Shown here in pieces: positions 19,568-29,581 of a stretch of DNA of 64,000 bases. Origin of the DNA: an uncultured virus (IMG/VR IMGVR_UViG_3300021255_001403) (taxonomy: Duplodnaviria; Heunggongvirae; Uroviricota; Caudoviricetes); the IMG/VR virus record IMGVR_UViG_3300021255_001403; one strand, given 5' to 3'. The notes under the pieces were generated by a model that searched no databases, was not told the DNA's origin, and was given only the letters and a program-made list of their open reading frames with translations. Positions within the stretch are counted from its first letter, which is position 1. Every line of letters starts with the position of its first letter. The translations under genes and the position numbers were made by a program.

Positions 19568-20452
19568 ATGTACTTTAAAGAAGATACTACTTGTAAATTA
19601 CACAGTTGCTTTGATAATATCCCTAGACTTATACAAGAGGATTATAACTCTTATACAGCTAAGAGTGTTTGCATAAGAGAAACCCTTAATGGTAATAACG
19701 TAATTCGATTCTCAGAAATCATGAATTATGCTAACCATAATGGGTTGTCTTTAGATGAGGCAATTGATGATGTATTAATGACTCACCCTCTTGTAATGAA
19801 ACCTGTATTCACAGTTAATAATATAACCTATCTCACTAACGAATCTTATTATGATTTAGTGAATGAGTCTTTAGGCAATTATATGCTTACTTTGGAACAG
19901 GTTGATTTATCTACTGATCCATTTTATCAGAGCTTATCTGAAGCAGTAGAGACTGATATTTCTAATAATAAATACTACTTTACTGAAGAAGTAATAAATG
20001 AGTTTGTTAATGAATTAATGGATCAGGCTAAGGGATATTTAGATCAAGGTAAACAATTTGTATCTGATAACTTTGGCAAAATGAAAAATGCTGTTATGCA
20101 ATCAGATACAGTTAAAAATATAACTGATAAGGCATCAGGTCTTAAAGATACTGCTATGGGTTATGTAAATAAATATGGTGATCAAGCATCAGAATTTATT
20201 TCCCATGGTATTAAAACTGTTACTGGTAAAGATGTATCTCCTGATCAGGTTAAGAATGGTGTAGTTAAAGGTGTTGCTGGTTTAGGTATTACTGCATTAG
20301 CTGCTAAAGGTTTAACAGCTCTTCGTAATATGCTTAATCAGACTCAAAATCAAGCTGCATCTGCATCTCCTGATAGGCAAGGTGTTTTATCTAGAATAAT
20401 CGAAAAGATTAAAGCTGCTATTGCTAGAATAACTGGTGGTGCACCAGCTTAA
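19568..20452 (+). CDS. Probable internal head protein, RENS-domain paralog family
   Basis: VCIRE..VIRFSEI; many hydrophobic-X-E motifs; GVAGLGITALA segment. Confidence 0.65.
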   Translation: MYFKEDTTCKLHSCFDNIPRLIQEDYNSYTAKSVCIRETLNGNNVIRFSEIMNYANHNGLSLDEAIDDVLMTHPLVMKPVFTVNNITYLTNESYYDLVNESLGNYMLTLEQVDLSTDPFYQSLSEAVETDISNNKYYFTEEVINEFVNELMDQAKGYLDQGKQFVSDNFGKMKNAVMQSDTVKNITDKASGLKDTAMGYVNKYGDQASEFISHGIKTVTGKDVSPDQVKNGVVKGVAGLGITALAAKGLTALRNMLNQTQNQAASASPDRQGVLSRIIEKIKAAIARITGGAPA

Positions 20453-20476
20453 TTTTTAGAAAGGAGGAATTGTAGG

Positions 20477-21436
20477 ATGTTATATACTGAAGAAGAAGTA
20501 CATGGTAATCCTACATCTCTTTTAGATACTCTCGAGAGATTAGATGAAAATGTATCTACTATCGAGATGGTAAATGTAAGAGAGAATTCCCGTTTGGGTA
20601 AATGGATTATAGATCTGAATGAAGCATATAACTTCGTTCAGGAAAATGGTATAGATTTCGATGAAGTTGTTTTAGAAATCTCTAACGTTCATGGTATAGA
20701 TCCTAATGATATTGGATTCATGACTGACTATGATTCTATAGTTGCTAATGAAGATATTCAGTATCTCGTAACTGAAATGACTCAGAAAGATATTCCTGTA
20801 TATATTAAGAATGCAGATTCTATAGAATTTTCTCAGTTTGTAGATGAAGCTGTAGAAGAATATCTTGCTGGTGATCCTACTAAGATGCATGCTCTTCAGG
20901 AGTTTAGTCTTGGTAAAGCACATGATACTGCTATGCAGAAATCTAAAGCACGTATAATGGCACAGCAAGGTTCTAACTTTTTGCAGAGTGGTATTAATGC
21001 TGCATTTAGAGGTGCTGTAAGAGGTGCTAATGCTGGCGCAACTGATATAATCAATAATCGTTTATTTGGCGCTATTAATGGTCGAGAAGTACATAATCCA
21101 GATGGTACTACTCGTAGAGAAAATGGTTGGGCTTATAATACTGCTGCTCGTTATGGTGGTCATGATGCAGGACACTTTGCACGTTCCATGACTCGTGGTG
21201 CTACTAGAGGAGTAAGTAATTATTTGGTAAATAAAGTTCAGCATGGTATTGGTTTGACTGATGACAGATTAAACAATTATAATGCTCAGACTAATATTCG
21301 TAATTCTTTTGGTACCATTAAGAATAAGATTAAGGTTCTTCTCTCTCGTCTTGGTATGACTAAAGATCCTCAGGAAAGAGAGAAACTTAATAATGCTATT
21401 TATGAACTTAAACAGGCTAATGGTATAATGGGGTGA
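20477..21436 (+). CDS. Probable internal head protein, RENS-domain paralog family
   Basis: VNVRENSRLG; acidic N-half, basic Gly/Ala/Arg-rich C-half after LQE. Confidence 0.7.
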   Translation: MLYTEEEVHGNPTSLLDTLERLDENVSTIEMVNVRENSRLGKWIIDLNEAYNFVQENGIDFDEVVLEISNVHGIDPNDIGFMTDYDSIVANEDIQYLVTEMTQKDIPVYIKNADSIEFSQFVDEAVEEYLAGDPTKMHALQEFSLGKAHDTAMQKSKARIMAQQGSNFLQSGINAAFRGAVRGANAGATDIINNRLFGAINGREVHNPDGTTRRENGWAYNTAARYGGHDAGHFARSMTRGATRGVSNYLVNKVQHGIGLTDDRLNNYNAQTNIRNSFGTIKNKIKVLLSRLGMTKDPQEREKLNNAIYELKQANGIMG

Positions 21437-21441
21437 TTCTG

Positions 21442-21993
21442 ATGGAAGGGATTTTTACAGATAAAGATCTTAAAGAATGTGCATTGCTTGAAGATAATAT
21501 CTTTGATTATGTACGTACTGGGTCTTTAAATTATCACCTTATAGAGCATTGCTTTGGTGCTGAAAATCTTCTTCCAGATGATATCATAGCTCTTGAGAAT
21601 GAGATAGTACACGAATCTGACAATATCCCTTATGATACTGAAGGTGATTATCTCATGCAAGCTAGTCTGCAGCTGTCTCCAAAAGAGACAGCTGTTATGG
21701 CTAAAGACCCTAAGAAAATTGCTACTGCATTTAGAGCTTTAAGAAATAAATTAGAAGAAGCAGAAGACCGTCAGAAACGTGCTAATGCTGAATCTAAAGG
21801 TTTCTTAGCTACAGTGATTTATACTATTAAAAGAGCTATGAACTGGATACTCAAAAAGTTTCATGATATTAAAGGTTATATATTGGATTCTGTACATGAA
21901 AGACCTGAAGGATACTCTCAAACCTTTAGAGATCTTAAATGGATTCATAATAAAGAAGCTGAGAGATTGGCTACTAAATTCAATAACTTTTAA
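21442..21993 (+). CDS. Probable internal head protein (C-terminal amphipathic helical module)
   Basis: LLED, VHES motifs; ALRNKL...FLATVI...WILKKF resembles family C-terminus. Confidence 0.6.
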   Translation: MEGIFTDKDLKECALLEDNIFDYVRTGSLNYHLIEHCFGAENLLPDDIIALENEIVHESDNIPYDTEGDYLMQASLQLSPKETAVMAKDPKKIATAFRALRNKLEEAEDRQKRANAESKGFLATVIYTIKRAMNWILKKFHDIKGYILDSVHERPEGYSQTFRDLKWIHNKEAERLATKFNNF

Positions 21994-22062
21994 AATCATA
22001 TCTTTGACAAATTTGTAATATGGTATTTTCTCACCATAAATAATAGGAAAAGGAGTAAGACT

Positions 22063-22758
22063 ATGCTGATACGAGAAGAAACTTTAGTTTCATCGGCTAA
22101 TATTAATATTACCGATTATTTGCATGAATCTGAATCTTCTTATCTTCCGAATATGGTAACTATTCGTCATAATTCCCGTCTTGATAAAGATCTTATCCAA
22201 TTAGAATCTTTTGTAAAATATGGACGAGATAATGATATCGACAATGGTGGATATGCTATTGCTAAAGTATGTGAAGCCAATGAAATAGAAGATATGGATA
22301 AGATTGCTTTTCTTGTAAATGAAGAGCATCTGTATTCTGATGATGATGTTATGGATACATTTATGCAGATTAAAGAATCTGGTATGGATGTATTCGTATC
22401 TCCTATATCTGATGATTCTATTTTTGTTACCAAACTTCGTGAAGCTATGATGCTTGATGAAAGCTATGATAATTATGATCAGGCTAAAAATCTTCAGGCT
22501 TATGTAAATGAGTCATTGATGGATGACTTTTCTAGTAGAGCTTCTAGCTTAGCTAATAGAGGTAAGAAAACTGTATCTGATACAGTATCTTCTTTATCTC
22601 AGAAATTAGCTGCTATTAGAAAAGAGATTACTTTACGTACTTCCAAGTTAGGCAGAACTGTAGGTTCTTCAAAAGCCCTTCTTCAGCGTCAGATTAATAA
22701 ACTTAAAGATGCTGCGGCTAATGTTAAGAAAAAACTTACTAGTGCTAAAGAAGGCTAA
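22063..22758 (+). CDS. Probable internal head protein, RENS-domain paralog family
   Basis: VTIRHNSRL; late-type promoter at 22006. Confidence 0.7.
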   Translation: MLIREETLVSSANINITDYLHESESSYLPNMVTIRHNSRLDKDLIQLESFVKYGRDNDIDNGGYAIAKVCEANEIEDMDKIAFLVNEEHLYSDDDVMDTFMQIKESGMDVFVSPISDDSIFVTKLREAMMLDESYDNYDQAKNLQAYVNESLMDDFSSRASSLANRGKKTVSDTVSSLSQKLAAIRKEITLRTSKLGRTVGSSKALLQRQINKLKDAAANVKKKLTSAKEG

Positions 22759-22772
22759 GGGAGGAATTTTAT

Positions 22773-23576
22773 ATGTCTATGTACAATAGTGCTATACAGA
22801 TCCTCTCTGAATTAGCACTTCATGAAAGTGGTGTAGAACTTCCTGAAAAAGCTCCTACATCTATATTCGAACAGGTAATGGATACATTGTATGATATTCC
22901 TATTCTTAATGAATCGGAATCTATATTCACTGTAGAAATGGTTCCTGTACGTACTTCTAATCGTTTAGGTTATTATTTAATTGAGATGGAAGATCTGTCT
23001 CGTTATATGATGACTAATCGTATTAATAATGTACGTGATGCAGTTGGTAAAATCCTTGAGTGTAATGGCTTACAGGGTTGCTATGATAAGGTAGCTCTGG
23101 TAATTGATGAAGCTTCTATTCTTAATGAATTAGAAGATTTAGGATTACCGATGAGTGATTATTATAAGACTACACCTGCTCCGACTAATCTTGGTATTCC
23201 TGTATCTGATGGTACAGTATATAAAACCAAGATACGTCAGTTTGCTAACTCTAAAGAAGTTATGGACGTACTGACTGGTCGTTATGGTCTTCCTCTTATC
23301 AAAAAGAACTACTCTAAAGTAGGTCTTCTTGGTGATGATTGTGATAAGCCTATGCTGAATAATTCTCAGATGAGTGAGGAAGGTAATATCAAAGTTCAGC
23401 CTGGTAGTCAGGTTATTACTGAGAAAGACGATAAAAAGAAAGAAGATAAATCTACTGATAAGAAGAAACCCGTAACTGAAGATACTTCTTTCCAGAATAT
23501 GTCTGCTCACGAATTAAGAGTACAGAGAATACGTGATATCATGGGTGGTAAGTACGATAATGAAGATCTCTTATAA
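22773..23576 (+). CDS. Probable internal head protein, RENS-domain paralog family
   Basis: VPVRTSNRLG; LHES, LNES motifs. Confidence 0.7.
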   Translation: MSMYNSAIQILSELALHESGVELPEKAPTSIFEQVMDTLYDIPILNESESIFTVEMVPVRTSNRLGYYLIEMEDLSRYMMTNRINNVRDAVGKILECNGLQGCYDKVALVIDEASILNELEDLGLPMSDYYKTTPAPTNLGIPVSDGTVYKTKIRQFANSKEVMDVLTGRYGLPLIKKNYSKVGLLGDDCDKPMLNNSQMSEEGNIKVQPGSQVITEKDDKKKEDKSTDKKKPVTEDTSFQNMSAHELRVQRIRDIMGGKYDNEDLL

Positions 23577-23599
23577 TCATTATAGGAGGTTGTGTAATA

Positions 23600-23923
23600 A
23601 TGGCTTATTTATCATTCAATGAAGGTGTATTCGATGTAGTAAGCTCTATAAAGAATAGAGTTGTTAATAATGTATCTAATGCAGTAAACACTGTACAACG
23701 AGGTGTACAGTCTGTTTCTGATGGAATACAAGGAGCCAAGGATAGGGTAAATAATATTTCTAATGCTGGTTCTAATTTAGTAAATGCTATTAGAGGTAGA
23801 TCTACTAATAATGGAACCAATAATGATGGTGAGTCTCCAGACCATGAAGGTGGTCATGGTGGAATGTCTAGAGAAGAATACATTAAGAGTCGTATTCTAT
23901 CCAATTATAAACCCCGTACTTGA
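23600..23923 (+). CDS. Short leader (YLSFNE) plus amphipathic peptide GVFDVVSSIKNRVV
   Basis: SD GGAGG. Confidence 0.65.
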   Translation: MAYLSFNEGVFDVVSSIKNRVVNNVSNAVNTVQRGVQSVSDGIQGAKDRVNNISNAGSNLVNAIRGRSTNNGTNNDGESPDHEGGHGGMSREEYIKSRILSNYKPRT

Positions 23924-23959
23924 CTTTTTATATAAAAAATCTAAAGGGAGGATTTGATC

Positions 23960-24268
23960 ATGAGTTTCGTTGATCACTTATTTCGTCCTGTAGACGAAGG
24001 TTGTGGCTGTGAAAAATGTGGTGTAAGTATGGGCACCGGTCTTGGTGTACCGTATTCTGATGCCAATAAATTATGGAAGATTCCTATAAATCAGTATCAG
24101 GATAGTGATGCAAACTTTGTTGGTGATGGTGATGATCCTGCTACCAGCAATGCAAACGTTCCTGCTACTCTTGCAGCTCGGACTGCAGGTGGTGACCCGC
24201 ATCCCTCTACTCTTCGTAATGGTATAAATAAACGTGCTCTTGCTGGTTTATATACCCCTAAGGACTAA
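23960..24268 (+). CDS. Small protein with FVDHLF...VDE leader and a CGCEKC motif
   Basis: SD GGGAGG; leader like 28196 and 28534. Confidence 0.65.
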   Translation: MSFVDHLFRPVDEGCGCEKCGVSMGTGLGVPYSDANKLWKIPINQYQDSDANFVGDGDDPATSNANVPATLAARTAGGDPHPSTLRNGINKRALAGLYTPKD

Positions 24269-24350
24269 TAAAAGACTACTTTAAATTTTTATTTCTTCAC
24301 ATCTAAATAAAGATTCACAGATCTTTAAAAGATTACAGGAGGTAAGAAAT

Positions 24351-25118
24351 ATGGTCTATACAGAAGCAGATCTTAAGACTTCTAGCATAGATGAAGCTAT
24401 GAGTCTTTTAGAGAATACTTCTTACCTCACAGATCAGGAGTCGCAATACTTTCCAGAAATGGTTCCTATTAGAGAAAATTCTCGTCTTCAGTGTAATATA
24501 GTTAGATTGGAAGATTTGGTTGAATATTCTTATGCTAATGGTATTACCGAAGCAGGAATCTCTTTGGCTCAGATTTGTGAGGCTTCTAAGATCGATCAGA
24601 ATTCTGTGGCATTTTCTGTAGATGAAGTATCTATATTAGAAGATGCTGAGATGGAAGATACTGCTAGATTGTTAATAGAATCTGGTGCCAAAGTATATCT
24701 CGCTCCAATTAATGAAAATGATATTGCTTACTTATTAGCAGAATCGGTAATTGAAGCTATGATCGTTTCTGAAGAAGAAGGACAAGAAGAATATGGTAAT
24801 GCTTTATTCGAAGCATTTATCACTAATGATTATGAAACCCTTCTTGCTGAGGATTTTATTACTGAGTCTCTCAGCAATAAATTCACTAAAGCTGGTAAAT
24901 CTATAGAATCTTTAAAGAATAGATTAGCTAATACTATTAGTCAGGGTGCTAGAAATAGCAGAAACCTGGCTGCTAGGAAAGTATCTTCTTTAAAGACTCT
25001 TGGAAATAAAGTTCGTACTTCTCTTGGTGGAGGAGCTAAGAAGTTAATGGGTAAAATGGATCAGGGTGTAAACTATTTAACTTCAGAACTTAAGAAGCCT
25101 TTCCAGAATCAGGTATAA
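24351..25118 (+). CDS. Probable internal head protein, RENS-domain paralog family
   Basis: VPIRENSRL; late-type promoter at 24298. Confidence 0.7.
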   Translation: MVYTEADLKTSSIDEAMSLLENTSYLTDQESQYFPEMVPIRENSRLQCNIVRLEDLVEYSYANGITEAGISLAQICEASKIDQNSVAFSVDEVSILEDAEMEDTARLLIESGAKVYLAPINENDIAYLLAESVIEAMIVSEEEGQEEYGNALFEAFITNDYETLLAEDFITESLSNKFTKAGKSIESLKNRLANTISQGARNSRNLAARKVSSLKTLGNKVRTSLGGGAKKLMGKMDQGVNYLTSELKKPFQNQV

Positions 25119-25140
25119 ACTTTAAAGGGAGGAAAATATA

Positions 25141-26187
25141 ATGTTATTTACTGAAGATTCACTTATGACCGGTGTAAATGGTCTTTCTATATTGGATGAA
25201 TCCTGCTATATTGATTCCGATATTGCTACGCTGAAGACTGTTCCGGTTGTTGAGAATAGTACTCTGGGTGCAGCTGTTGTACGTTTCAGCGACATTGAAG
25301 CTCTGGCTGAATCCAATGGTTGTGATTTCATTGATGCTATGGAAGCTGTAGCAGAACAGAATGAAATTGATCCGGAATATCTGGCTGTAGCTGTTGATGA
25401 AGCTCGTATGATTGAAGAGCCGGAACTGGTTTATGAACTGGCTAATGTAGTTATCAATCCGCAGTCTGAAAATAGCTTAGCTTATCAGTTCTGCGAAGCT
25501 TGCCTTGATGGTTACATTGATTCCGAAGGTGATGAAACCTTCTTGGAAGCTATGATCGACGAAGAAGTAATGTTCGTTGATGAAGCTAAATCCGTACTCG
25601 GTCGTGTTGTTGATAGCATTGGTAGCAAAGCTAAAGGTGCATATGATGTACTGGCTGGTAACAACACTGATCGTCTTCGTGGTCAGGCTCATCAGTTCCA
25701 GCGCAATGTAAATACTGCTAAGGCTGATGCTAAAGCTCGTGGTGAACGTTATGGTATGCGTTCTAGTGCTGGTTCTCAGGCTTATGAAGAGTATAATGAC
25801 CTGAAGAAGCTTAAGAATCCGCATGTAGCAGCTCTTAAGAAAGAATCTCGTATTCGTAAAGGTGCTGCTATCGGTGCTGGTTTAGCTGCTGCTGGTGGTG
25901 CTGCTTACCTGCTCAGCCGTAATAAAGATAAGGTTAAATCCGCTGGTGGCGCACTCTCTGCAGCTTCTTCTGCTAAGCTGGATAAGATTGTTGCTTCCGC
26001 TAATGGTAAACCGAAATCCTGGATTTCCCAGAAGATCGCTGCTCTGCGCGGTATGTATTCCAAATGGTTGCAGAAAGCTCAGGCAGAATCCGATGCTGGT
26101 AAAGCTAGTGTAATTAAGAAATTCGCTGCAAAGATTCTTGCTTGCATCGACGCTCTTATGAAGAAACTGGAAAATGCTACGGCTTGA
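25141..26187 (+). CDS. Probable abundant internal head protein, RENS domain plus Gly-zipper plus C-terminal helical module
   Basis: VPVVENSTLG; GAAIGAGLAAAGGAAYLL; GC-richer codon usage like the capsid gene. Confidence 0.75.
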   Translation: MLFTEDSLMTGVNGLSILDESCYIDSDIATLKTVPVVENSTLGAAVVRFSDIEALAESNGCDFIDAMEAVAEQNEIDPEYLAVAVDEARMIEEPELVYELANVVINPQSENSLAYQFCEACLDGYIDSEGDETFLEAMIDEEVMFVDEAKSVLGRVVDSIGSKAKGAYDVLAGNNTDRLRGQAHQFQRNVNTAKADAKARGERYGMRSSAGSQAYEEYNDLKKLKNPHVAALKKESRIRKGAAIGAGLAAAGGAAYLLSRNKDKVKSAGGALSAASSAKLDKIVASANGKPKSWISQKIAALRGMYSKWLQKAQAESDAGKASVIKKFAAKILACIDALMKKLENATA

Positions 26188-26250
26188 TTTAAGTAATTAA
26201 CACGGCTAGAGGAGGAAACTCCTCTAGCTTTTTTATTAAAGGTGATTACT

Positions 26251-26946
26251 ATGTATAGAAACTTACAAACTATAGATGGTGCATATATATTTTGTGAGTC
26301 TTGCATTAAGTCTTATGAGTTTACTGGAGATGAAATGTACTTAGATGCTTTATGTGAAGGTATGTTTAGTGGCCCAAGATTTGAATTGGATACTAAGAAA
26401 TATGCTAAGCATGGTATAATGGTTTCTTCCAATCCTCATGATACTCATACTGAAATAGATGGCGGTCAGTATCAGAATGCTACTCCAGAACAACTTAAGA
26501 AAATGCAAGAACTCAAAACTGAACGTAAAATGCTACAAGCAAGAAATGCTGGCTGGGAAAATATGACTGCTGGTAGAAAATTACGTTATAATGCAGGTGT
26601 AATTGGTAAAGGATTAAATAGAAATAAAGGTAAGATTGCTGCTGGTGCTGCTATTGCAGGTTTAGCTGGTTATGCTTTAAAGAAGAAATCTGATGCTGAT
26701 TATAAAGATAAACAGTTACAGTTTAAAGATGCTCAGATTGCTCATATAAAGGCTCAAGCTGCACATCAGTCTAAATCTTGGATATCCAAAAAGATCGCTG
26801 CTTTGAGATCTATATATCAGAATTATCTCCAAAAAGCACGTATTGCTAAAGCTAATGGTCAAGCATCTATATTCCAGAAAGTAGCATCTAAGATATTAGG
26901 TGTTATTGATTACTTGACTGCTAAATTACAGCATGCAGTAGAATAA
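26251..26946 (+). CDS. Internal head family member with truncated N-domain
   Basis: AYIFCE...GDEMYLDAL remnant; AAGAAIAGLAGYAL; SWISKKIAALR module. Confidence 0.7.
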   Translation: MYRNLQTIDGAYIFCESCIKSYEFTGDEMYLDALCEGMFSGPRFELDTKKYAKHGIMVSSNPHDTHTEIDGGQYQNATPEQLKKMQELKTERKMLQARNAGWENMTAGRKLRYNAGVIGKGLNRNKGKIAAGAAIAGLAGYALKKKSDADYKDKQLQFKDAQIAHIKAQAAHQSKSWISKKIAALRSIYQNYLQKARIAKANGQASIFQKVASKILGVIDYLTAKLQHAVE

Positions 26947-26961
26947 AGAAGGTGTATAATA

Positions 26962-27855
26962 ATGCTTTATAGTGAAAGTGATGTGAAAGGTATAAATGGC
27001 TTAGATGTATTATCTGAAGCTAATTATCTTTCTGATAATATAGTAACCCCTATAACAGTTCCTGTTGTAGAGAATAGTAGCTTAGGTGCAGCTGTAGTAA
27101 GATTTAGCGATATAGAATCTATTACTGAATCTTATGGTTGTGACTATTTAGATGCTATGGCTGCTGTAGCAGAACAGAATGGTATTGATCCTGAATATCT
27201 TGCTGTTGCAGTAGATGAAGCTCGTATTATAGAAGAACCAGAATTGATAAATGAATTGGCTAATGTAGTTATCAATCCGCAGTCTGAAAACAGTTTAGCT
27301 TATCAGTTCTGTGAAGCTATGGTTGATTCTTATGCTGAGACTGGTGATGAAGCTTATCTCGAAGCTATATCTACAGACCAGTATATGGATAAAATGAATC
27401 AGATTTATGATAATTATGATTTGCATAAAGATGATATCACGAAAACCACTTCTAAATATAAGAATTCTGAACAGGCTAAGCATGATATAGATAAACTTGG
27501 TAGATTAGCTGAAATTGGCAAAAGAAATCTCAAAGCTAATTCTACTAGAATTAATCCTACTGTAGCTAAAGCGGCTTATAATACTTTAGACCGTCTTAAG
27601 AAAGAAGCAGATAATGCTCCGAGAACTTGGTTAGCACATAAAGTTGCTTCTCTTAGAGGTCTTTATTATAAATGGCTTGAAAGAGCTAGAAATGAAAGAG
27701 ACTTAAGAAAAGCTGGTATCTTTAAGACTATTGCTTCTAAAGTATTAGGAGTTCTTGATTATCTTATGAGTAAACTGCAGAAGCTTACTAATAAGATTGG
27801 TACTAATGATTTTAGATATACATTCCAAAGTAGTTTAAAAGAAAAGAAGAAATAA
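26962..27855 (+). CDS. Internal head family member, close paralog of 25141..26187
   Basis: VPVVENSSLGAAVVRFSDIE; TWLAHKVASLRGLYYKWL. Confidence 0.75.
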   Translation: MLYSESDVKGINGLDVLSEANYLSDNIVTPITVPVVENSSLGAAVVRFSDIESITESYGCDYLDAMAAVAEQNGIDPEYLAVAVDEARIIEEPELINELANVVINPQSENSLAYQFCEAMVDSYAETGDEAYLEAISTDQYMDKMNQIYDNYDLHKDDITKTTSKYKNSEQAKHDIDKLGRLAEIGKRNLKANSTRINPTVAKAAYNTLDRLKKEADNAPRTWLAHKVASLRGLYYKWLERARNERDLRKAGIFKTIASKVLGVLDYLMSKLQKLTNKIGTNDFRYTFQSSLKEKKK

Positions 27856-27875
27856 TATAGTAGTTGGTGATTACA

Positions 27876-28193
27876 ATGTTTACCAATTATGATTTTGGAG
27901 AACCATTGGATGAATCTGCTTGGGAAATAATAAAAGATAGAGCTAAACGTACTAAGAACTTTGTTAAGCATAATAGATATGGTATAGGATCTGCTATACT
28001 TGGTGGAACTGCATTCCATAATATAGTAGATCTTAATGATTCCAAATCTAAGAAAGAAGCAGCTCTTAGAACTGCTTTAGCTGGTATTAGTGCTTATGGA
28101 TCTAGAAAGTTATTTAAGAAGCAGTTAAAGTATTACCAAAATAATCCAATGGTTGTAGCTAAGAAGAAATTAACTGGAAAATGGAGTGACTAA
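27876..28193 (+). CDS. Leader (FTNYDFGEPLDE) plus cationic amphipathic/Gly-zipper peptide
   Basis: Leader shared with 19218..19541. Confidence 0.7.
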   Translation: MFTNYDFGEPLDESAWEIIKDRAKRTKNFVKHNRYGIGSAILGGTAFHNIVDLNDSKSKKEAALRTALAGISAYGSRKLFKKQLKYYQNNPMVVAKKKLTGKWSD

Positions 28194-28195
28194 AA

Positions 28196-28513
28196 ATGCA
28201 TAATGATTTTGAAGAGCATTTGTTTAATCCCGAAGTAATTCAGGAAGGCGTATTTGGTGCTATTAAGAATAAGATTAAATCTGGTGCTAGTTTCTTAAAT
28301 CGTAATAAGGGTAAGATACTTGGTGCTGGTTTAGCTGCTGGTGCAGGTTATGCAGCTTATAAAAATCGTGATAATATAAAAGATCGTTATAATAAATTCC
28401 GTGGTAATAATGGTGATGGTGCCCAGGATGCTAATAAGCCTCAGTCTCAGGAAGATAGGCTGAAAGCTCTTCAGGACAAAGTAGACAAGATGGGTCAGAA
28501 CCAGCAGTCTTAA
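28196..28513 (+). CDS. Leader (DFEEHLF..IQE) plus cationic peptide GVFGAIKNKIKSGASFL...GAGLAAGAGYAAY
   Basis: SD GGAGTGA; leader similar to 28534 and 23960. Confidence 0.7.
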   Translation: MHNDFEEHLFNPEVIQEGVFGAIKNKIKSGASFLNRNKGKILGAGLAAGAGYAAYKNRDNIKDRYNKFRGNNGDGAQDANKPQSQEDRLKALQDKVDKMGQNQQS

Positions 28514-28533
28514 TAAAGAATGAAGTGATTTAT

Positions 28534-28839
28534 ATGACTAAAGATTTTACTAATCATTTATATACGATACACGAATCTTTTTTGAAAGATAAACTTAATT
28601 ATCTTTCGAAGAATAAATATAATATTGGTAGCAAGATAGCTGGAGGTTTAGCATCTTTAAACGCTTATAATGCTTATAAGAAATATAAGAAAGATAAACC
28701 TATAGCTGGTCATTTATTACGTGCTGGTGGGTTTGGTTTATTATCGGCTAAATTAAAATCTTTACATAATAAATCACTTCCTAAGCCACCAGTAGTAAAA
28801 GAACCTGAACATTATAAATATCGTATATTGAAATATTAA
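28534..28839 (+). CDS. Leader (DFTNHLYTIHE) plus cationic Gly-zipper peptide
   Basis: IAGGLASL, AGGFGLL. Confidence 0.65.
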   Translation: MTKDFTNHLYTIHESFLKDKLNYLSKNKYNIGSKIAGGLASLNAYNAYKKYKKDKPIAGHLLRAGGFGLLSAKLKSLHNKSLPKPPVVKEPEHYKYRILKY

Positions 28840-28879
28840 AATGTGGAGTGCCTTAATTGGCACTCCACTGTTATATTAT

Positions 28880-29218
28880 TTATATCATACCATTTGCCAT
28901 CATATTCTGATGATGTAGCATTTGTTGATTAAATACATGATGATTTTGGTTTTGCTGATTCCAAAATGCTAGATTATGTAATCTTCTCTGTTTAGCTGAA
29001 GTTCTAGTGTGTGGTCTACTATATTTACCACCGCGTTTATTATTATTAGCCATACCTTTAAGAATTAATCCTGCTACTGCAGCTCCAGCAAGTTGACGTT
29101 TATGTTTAGATGCCCAATCTTTAGCTTTAGACAGTTTATCTTTAACTCCTTGCATAGATAATTCATTGATGGTTTCTCTAGCCTCCATCAATACTTCTAC
29201 TTCATATTGATCTAACAT
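28880..29218 (-). CDS. Leader (MLDQYEVEVLMEARETINE) plus cationic hydrophobic peptide with Q/N/H-rich tail
   Basis: SD AAGGAGG; late-type promoter GACA-N6-TA at 29262-29251; leader shared with 7982..8434. Confidence 0.7.
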   Translation of the reverse strand: MLDQYEVEVLMEARETINELSMQGVKDKLSKAKDWASKHKRQLAGAAVAGLILKGMANNNKRGGKYSRPHTRTSAKQRRLHNLAFWNQQNQNHHVFNQQMLHHQNMMANGMI

Positions 29219-29355
29219 TATTAATTCCTCCTTAATTAAAATAAAGACATTACTATTTTGTCTTTGGTAATGAATAGTGTAAAAGTGTATATTTTCAATT
29301 GTATATTATAGAGGTGATAATAAGATTATTCATCTACAAGAAAGGAAGATTTATT

Positions 29356-29571
29356 ATGTTTAACTATGTAAAATCCGAAGGAACTTTCAGCACTGTATCT
29401 GGTCTTCAGGTTGGAGGTAAAGTAGTGTACTCGTCGGTTACCCAGAATAAGGAACAGGCTGAAAACGCCGAGGCCCTCGGCATGATCATTCTCGCTGCAG
29501 GTACTGCAGCAGCCTGCTACGCAGGTAATCAGATTTTTAAAGGTGCGAAAGCACTCTGGAAAAAATTCTGA
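29356..29571 (+). CDS. Small early membrane protein
   Basis: Early-type promoter 29299-29317; TM-like LGMIILAAGTAAACYAG; GC-richer codons. Confidence 0.65.
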   Translation: MFNYVKSEGTFSTVSGLQVGGKVVYSSVTQNKEQAENAEALGMIILAAGTAAACYAGNQIFKGAKALWKKF

Positions 29572-29581
29572 GACCAAAAAG

